Below, one piece after another: positions 28,956 through 32,000 of a stretch of DNA of 32,000 bases (position 1 is its first letter; the number at the start of each line of letters is the position of its first letter). The stretch lies in assembly GCF_900095195.1 (NCBI RefSeq), contig NZ_LT606950.1, positions 877,207-909,206 of the forward strand, in the 5' to 3' direction. The DNA is from Polynucleobacter necessarius. Its GTDB lineage: Bacteria; Pseudomonadota; Gammaproteobacteria; Burkholderiales; Burkholderiaceae. The notes beneath the pieces were generated by a model. The model searched no databases. It was not told where the DNA came from and saw only the letters and a program-made list of their open reading frames with translations. Both the position numbers and the translations under genes were made by a program.

Positions 28956-29415
28956 TTAATACTGTGGACGGCGCTGTGGTGCGTTACTGGTTGGCGGCGT
29001 AGCGGATTGTGCTTGCCATCCTGTTGGGCGCTCCTGCGCATACGGAAAATATTTACCACTGGCTTCGCAGTAATACCAAACGGTCGGTTGTGGTTGCGCT
29101 GCTAACACCATCGGTTGTGGTGGTGGCGCATAAGTCACCACTGGCGGTGGAGCGTAAACAACTGGGGGAGCATGGTAACCAGGATAGGGGCCGTAATAGC
29201 CACTATATGCCCAGCCACCTCGCCAACCGGGTTCCCCAACCATGACCCCATCCGGGTCCAGCATAGGGGCCATAAGCTGTTGGTCGCCAACCACCGTATC
29301 TGCCGCCCACGGACACATTCCAAGCAACATTACCAGCATTGGCTACCACTGGAGCTAACGTGAGTAGCGCTGCAACAATGATTCCTAATATGCTGATTTG
29401 ATTGAGTTGTTTCAT
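28956..29415 (-). pseudogene. Small secreted Gly/Pro/Tyr/Trp-rich protein with a C-terminal WYYC...YFPY motif, single frameshift
   Basis: GAGGGG sits upstream of ATG 29415-29413. The frame reads MKQLNQISILGIIVAALLTLAPVVANA (signal peptide), then ...GPYAGPGWGHGWG. It must shift near 29232-29236 (a GGGG run) to continue as EPGWRGGWAYSGYYGPYPGYHAPP...TVWYYCEASGKYFPYAQERPTGWQAQSATPP. Confidence 0.55.
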
Positions 29416-29559
29416 GATTGACCCCCCTCTATTTAGTGCTGTGTGGTCTTCTGAATACGGTTGTCTTGATCCTATTGGGGATTCGATAAAGAATCCCTTA
29501 CTCACAATAACGCATAACGAACGAGCACGCTGACACAAAAGTTATTTATTTATCAGATC

Positions 29560-30575
29560 CTACTGATCCAATTTTGCACTCGATTGCACAACCACACGCG
29601 ACCATTTAGCCGACTCATGGGTGATCAGCTTTGCTAGATCTTTAGAGCTGCCCGGATTGGGCTCCAATCCCCCTGCCAATAAGCGACTTCTGATCTCAGG
29701 CTGATTTAAGGTACTGCGCGTGAGTTGATTTAAGCGTTTTTGAATATGGGGCGGTAAGTTTGCTGGTGCCATTAACGAAAACCAAGACACCGCTTCAAAT
29801 CCAGGCAGACCCTGTTCGGCCAATGTGGGGATTTCAGAGGCGGCGGGCAATCGTTTGAGCGTAGTTACCCCTAACGCTTGTACCTCACCCGCTTTAATCA
29901 GCAGCAGTGAAGAAGATAGGTTATCAAAGAGCATTGAAATACGACCGCTTACCAAATCGGGCAATGATTGTACCCTACCCTTATATGGAATATGCCGTAT
30001 TTGAATACCGGCCATCTCTTTGAATAATTCACCAGACATATGCAATGAAGTGCCAACGCCCGAAGAACCAAATGTCAATTGATTGGGCTTGGCTTTGGCT
30101 AACTCAATCAACTCATGTATGTTGGTAACACCCAATTGTTTATTCACAATCAGAACATTCGGCGTGCTCGCCAAAAAACTAATGGGCGTGAAATCCTCAA
30201 TCGGATTAAATGACATCTTTTCATAGATGGCGCCATTAATCGCATGAATACCTACCGTACCAGTCAAGAGCATAAACCACCATCAGGGTCACTCTTGGCA
30301 ACGAGCTCAGCGCCAATATTACCGCCATATCCCGGTTTATTTTCAACCAGGACTGGCATACCTAAGGCCTGTTGCCAATTCTCCGCCAATACGCAAGCCA
30401 ATATGTCAGGGGCTCCGCCAGGAGTAAACGTCACAATAATGCGAATGGCTTGCTTGGGCCACGTTGCATTTTTCGAAGCGTTGAGATTGGAAACTGTCTG
30501 GGCCTGAACCACTAGGGTGATCATCGCCAACAGAATCGATACGCAGAGGTTACGTGCTACCTTCAACAATTGCAT
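29560..30575 (-). pseudogene. Bug-family (TctC-like) periplasmic binding protein, frameshifted
   Basis: The ORF at 30264-30575 (signal peptide, IRIIVTFTPGGAPDILACVLAENWQQALGMPVLVENKPGYGGNIGAELVAKSDPDG) and the ORF at 29560-30273 (LLTGTVGIHAINGAIYEKMSFNPIEDFTPISFLASTPNVLIVNK...) are colinear halves of one protein. They are split at about 30270. Confidence 0.85.
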
Positions 30576-30617
30576 GACCCACAGCCCAAATGGATGGACT
30601 AGCTTAAGAATAAGAAA

Positions 30618-31190
30618 TTAAAAACCAAAACGAGAGCGAAGCCACAACCATCCATCGTAACGCACAGGATCATCGGCACATGCTCCAATGCCACACCCTA
30701 GTAGGGTGGAAATTAAATTACCAAACACGATCAAGATAAAAAGAATGATCAAAGTATTCGCAAACCATGAGCGAGAGCGCACATCTCGGTTGGGCAGCAT
30801 CAATAAGATGGCGAACCCAATTAACAAACCAAGATAACCAATAAATGCCCAAGTGTAAAAATGCAACTCTAAAAAGGTTGCACCAAACCCTTTATCACCA
30901 GACAAGATATGAATGAATATCTGGCGTAGTGAGGCCATCATCCCTACTAAGCCGCCAAAAATGCCCCAGCCATAATGGGCAGAATGTGCGCCACAACGAA
31001 TGTTCAGTACCAGCGCGAAACCAATAATGACAAAGCCAATACGTTGCATGAGGCAGAGTGGGCATGGCAACTCACCAAAATAGAGTTGATCGATAAAGGC
31101 GTAAGACAAAGTCCCAACAACCGCCAATAGAGCCAGTTGATTGCCTAGTGATGCAAGAGATGGAAACGAGGCTCTTTTCACGATGATCAC
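30618..31190 (-). CDS. DsbB-family disulfide bond formation protein
   Basis: A 190-aa ORF (GTG start) with 4 or more TM segments, the signature PCPLCLMQR, and a second cysteine pair near the C-terminus (GCGIGAC). Confidence 0.7.
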   Translation of the reverse strand: MIIVKRASFPSLASLGNQLALLAVVGTLSYAFIDQLYFGELPCPLCLMQRIGFVIIGFALVLNIRCGAHSAHYGWGIFGGLVGMMASLRQIFIHILSGDKGFGATFLELHFYTWAFIGYLGLLIGFAILLMLPNRDVRSRSWFANTLIILFILIVFGNLISTLLGCGIGACADDPVRYDGWLWLRSRFGF

Positions 31191-31345
31191 AAATTAATGT
31201 GGAGATGACTCGTTGCATGGAAGCGGAACCACAGCATCAGAATAAATACCGTAATCGCCAACATGCATAGACCTGCCAAACGTTTTTCAAACCAGACCAA
31301 GACAAGTCCGATAAGCGCTGTCAGAAAAGGCAGGAACATATACAT
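31187..31345 (-). CDS. Candidate 52-aa two-TM membrane peptide, translationally coupled to the DsbB-like gene
   Basis: Not in the ORF track. The reverse strand reads MYMFLPFLTALIGLVLVWFEKRLAGLCMLAITVFILMLWFRFHATSHLHINL*. Its TGA overlaps the downstream GTG (GTGA at 31187-31190). It resembles small DUF-type peptides that I recall accompanying DsbB-like genes. Confidence 0.4.
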   Translation of the reverse strand: MYMFLPFLTALIGLVLVWFEKRLAGLCMLAITVFILMLWFRFHATSHLHINL

Positions 31346-31437
31346 ACTGGAATTCTAGCGCAGGATGGTTTCGAGTCTTTGAAATCACTGCCTTAGGAAT
31401 GCTTAACCCTACCGATGGCTTTGTTTAGAATGCCTAC

Positions 31438-32000
31438 ATGACCACTCGATCCACCCCGCCCTGCCTCGACCTAACGCTAGAAGGCGCTATTGCAAGGATT
31501 ACCTTCAATAACCCTGCAGCACGCAATGCAATGACTTGGCCTATGTATGAAGAGCTCAAGTCTATATGCGATGCATTAGCCAAAAACGATTCTGTTCGCG
31601 TCGCCATTTTCCGAGGTGCTGGTGATAAGGCATTTGTCTCGGGGAGTGATATTGAGCAATTTGTAAATTTGCAAAAAGATGAAGCGTACGAAGTGGCTGT
31701 GGATGATATCTTTCACTCACTACACACCTACCCATACCCACTATTGCTCTGATTGAAGATTTAGCGGTTGGAAGCGGTTTATTGATTGCCACCGCATGCG
31801 ACTTTCGTATTTCCACACCCGACGCACGCTTTGGTATTCCAGTAGCGCGCACTTTGGGAAATTGTTTATCACCAAGCAATCTGGCTTGGATTAGTGCGCA
31901 CCTAGGTATACCCTATGGTGAAAAAAATGTTGCTCACAAGCGAATTGATCAAAGCGCCAGAACTCCTTGCTACTGGCTACCTATATCAAACCGCTCCAGC
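31438..32000 (+). pseudogene. Enoyl-CoA hydratase/isomerase (crotonase) family, at least two frameshifts (runs off the right edge)
   Basis: The ORF at 31438-31752 reads ITFNNPAARNAMTWPMYEELK...IFRGAGDKAFVSGSDI. It continues in a second frame as PTIALIEDLAVGSGLLIATACDFRISTPDARFGIPVARTLGNCLS. From about 31917 it continues in a third frame as VKKMLLTSELIKAPELLATGYLYQTAP. Confidence 0.8.

Noticed and set aside
1-32000. Explaining all frame breaks as sequencing or assembly error
   Set aside because: The lesions include clean nonsense substitutions at conserved Gln positions, multi-hundred-bp deletions and gene truncations with fused junctions. Meanwhile 6.5 kb of addBA and other core genes are error-free. 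This explanation still needs read-level confirmation for single-base indels such as those in rho and the small secreted protein.
1-32000. CRISPR arrays, tRNA/rRNA genes, IS elements, integrases, prophage genes
   Set aside because: I looked for regularly spaced repeats, cloverleaf-like segments and transposase or integrase-like ORFs on both strands and recognised none.

Overview
This looks like a chromosomal window from a Burkholderiales-type betaproteobacterium. The grounds are two Bug/TctC-family binding proteins, an addB-addA pair, and the dnaX-ybaB-recR and trxA-rho-rpmE2 blocks. Gene content suggests Polynucleobacter, but I cannot verify that here.

The dominant signal is gene decay.
- Apparently intact: recR, ybaB, dnaX, SRP RNA, a TPR/Gly-rich membrane protein, addB, addA, trxA, rpmE2, a GT-C-like membrane protein, a MATE transporter, a glycine-zipper lipoprotein, a DsbB-like protein and a small upstream TM ORF.
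- Disrupted by frameshifts, nonsense codons or deletions: surE, a three-gene heavy-metal-type RND efflux operon, an OprB-like porin, a vWA protein, an AT-rich nuclease-helicase relic joined by deletion to a quinone oxidoreductase, two Bug-family genes, a umuDC remnant, a small secreted Gly/Pro/Tyr/Trp-rich protein and an enoyl-CoA hydratase.
- rho carries two lesions within its first 31 codons, but its remaining 386 codons are uninterrupted.

I saw no tRNA, rRNA, CRISPR array, IS element, transposase or integrase. I did not find a convincing new multi-gene system. The most notable items are the erosion pattern, the rho 5' lesion, two deletion junctions, and a perfect 12-bp palindrome over the dnaX start.
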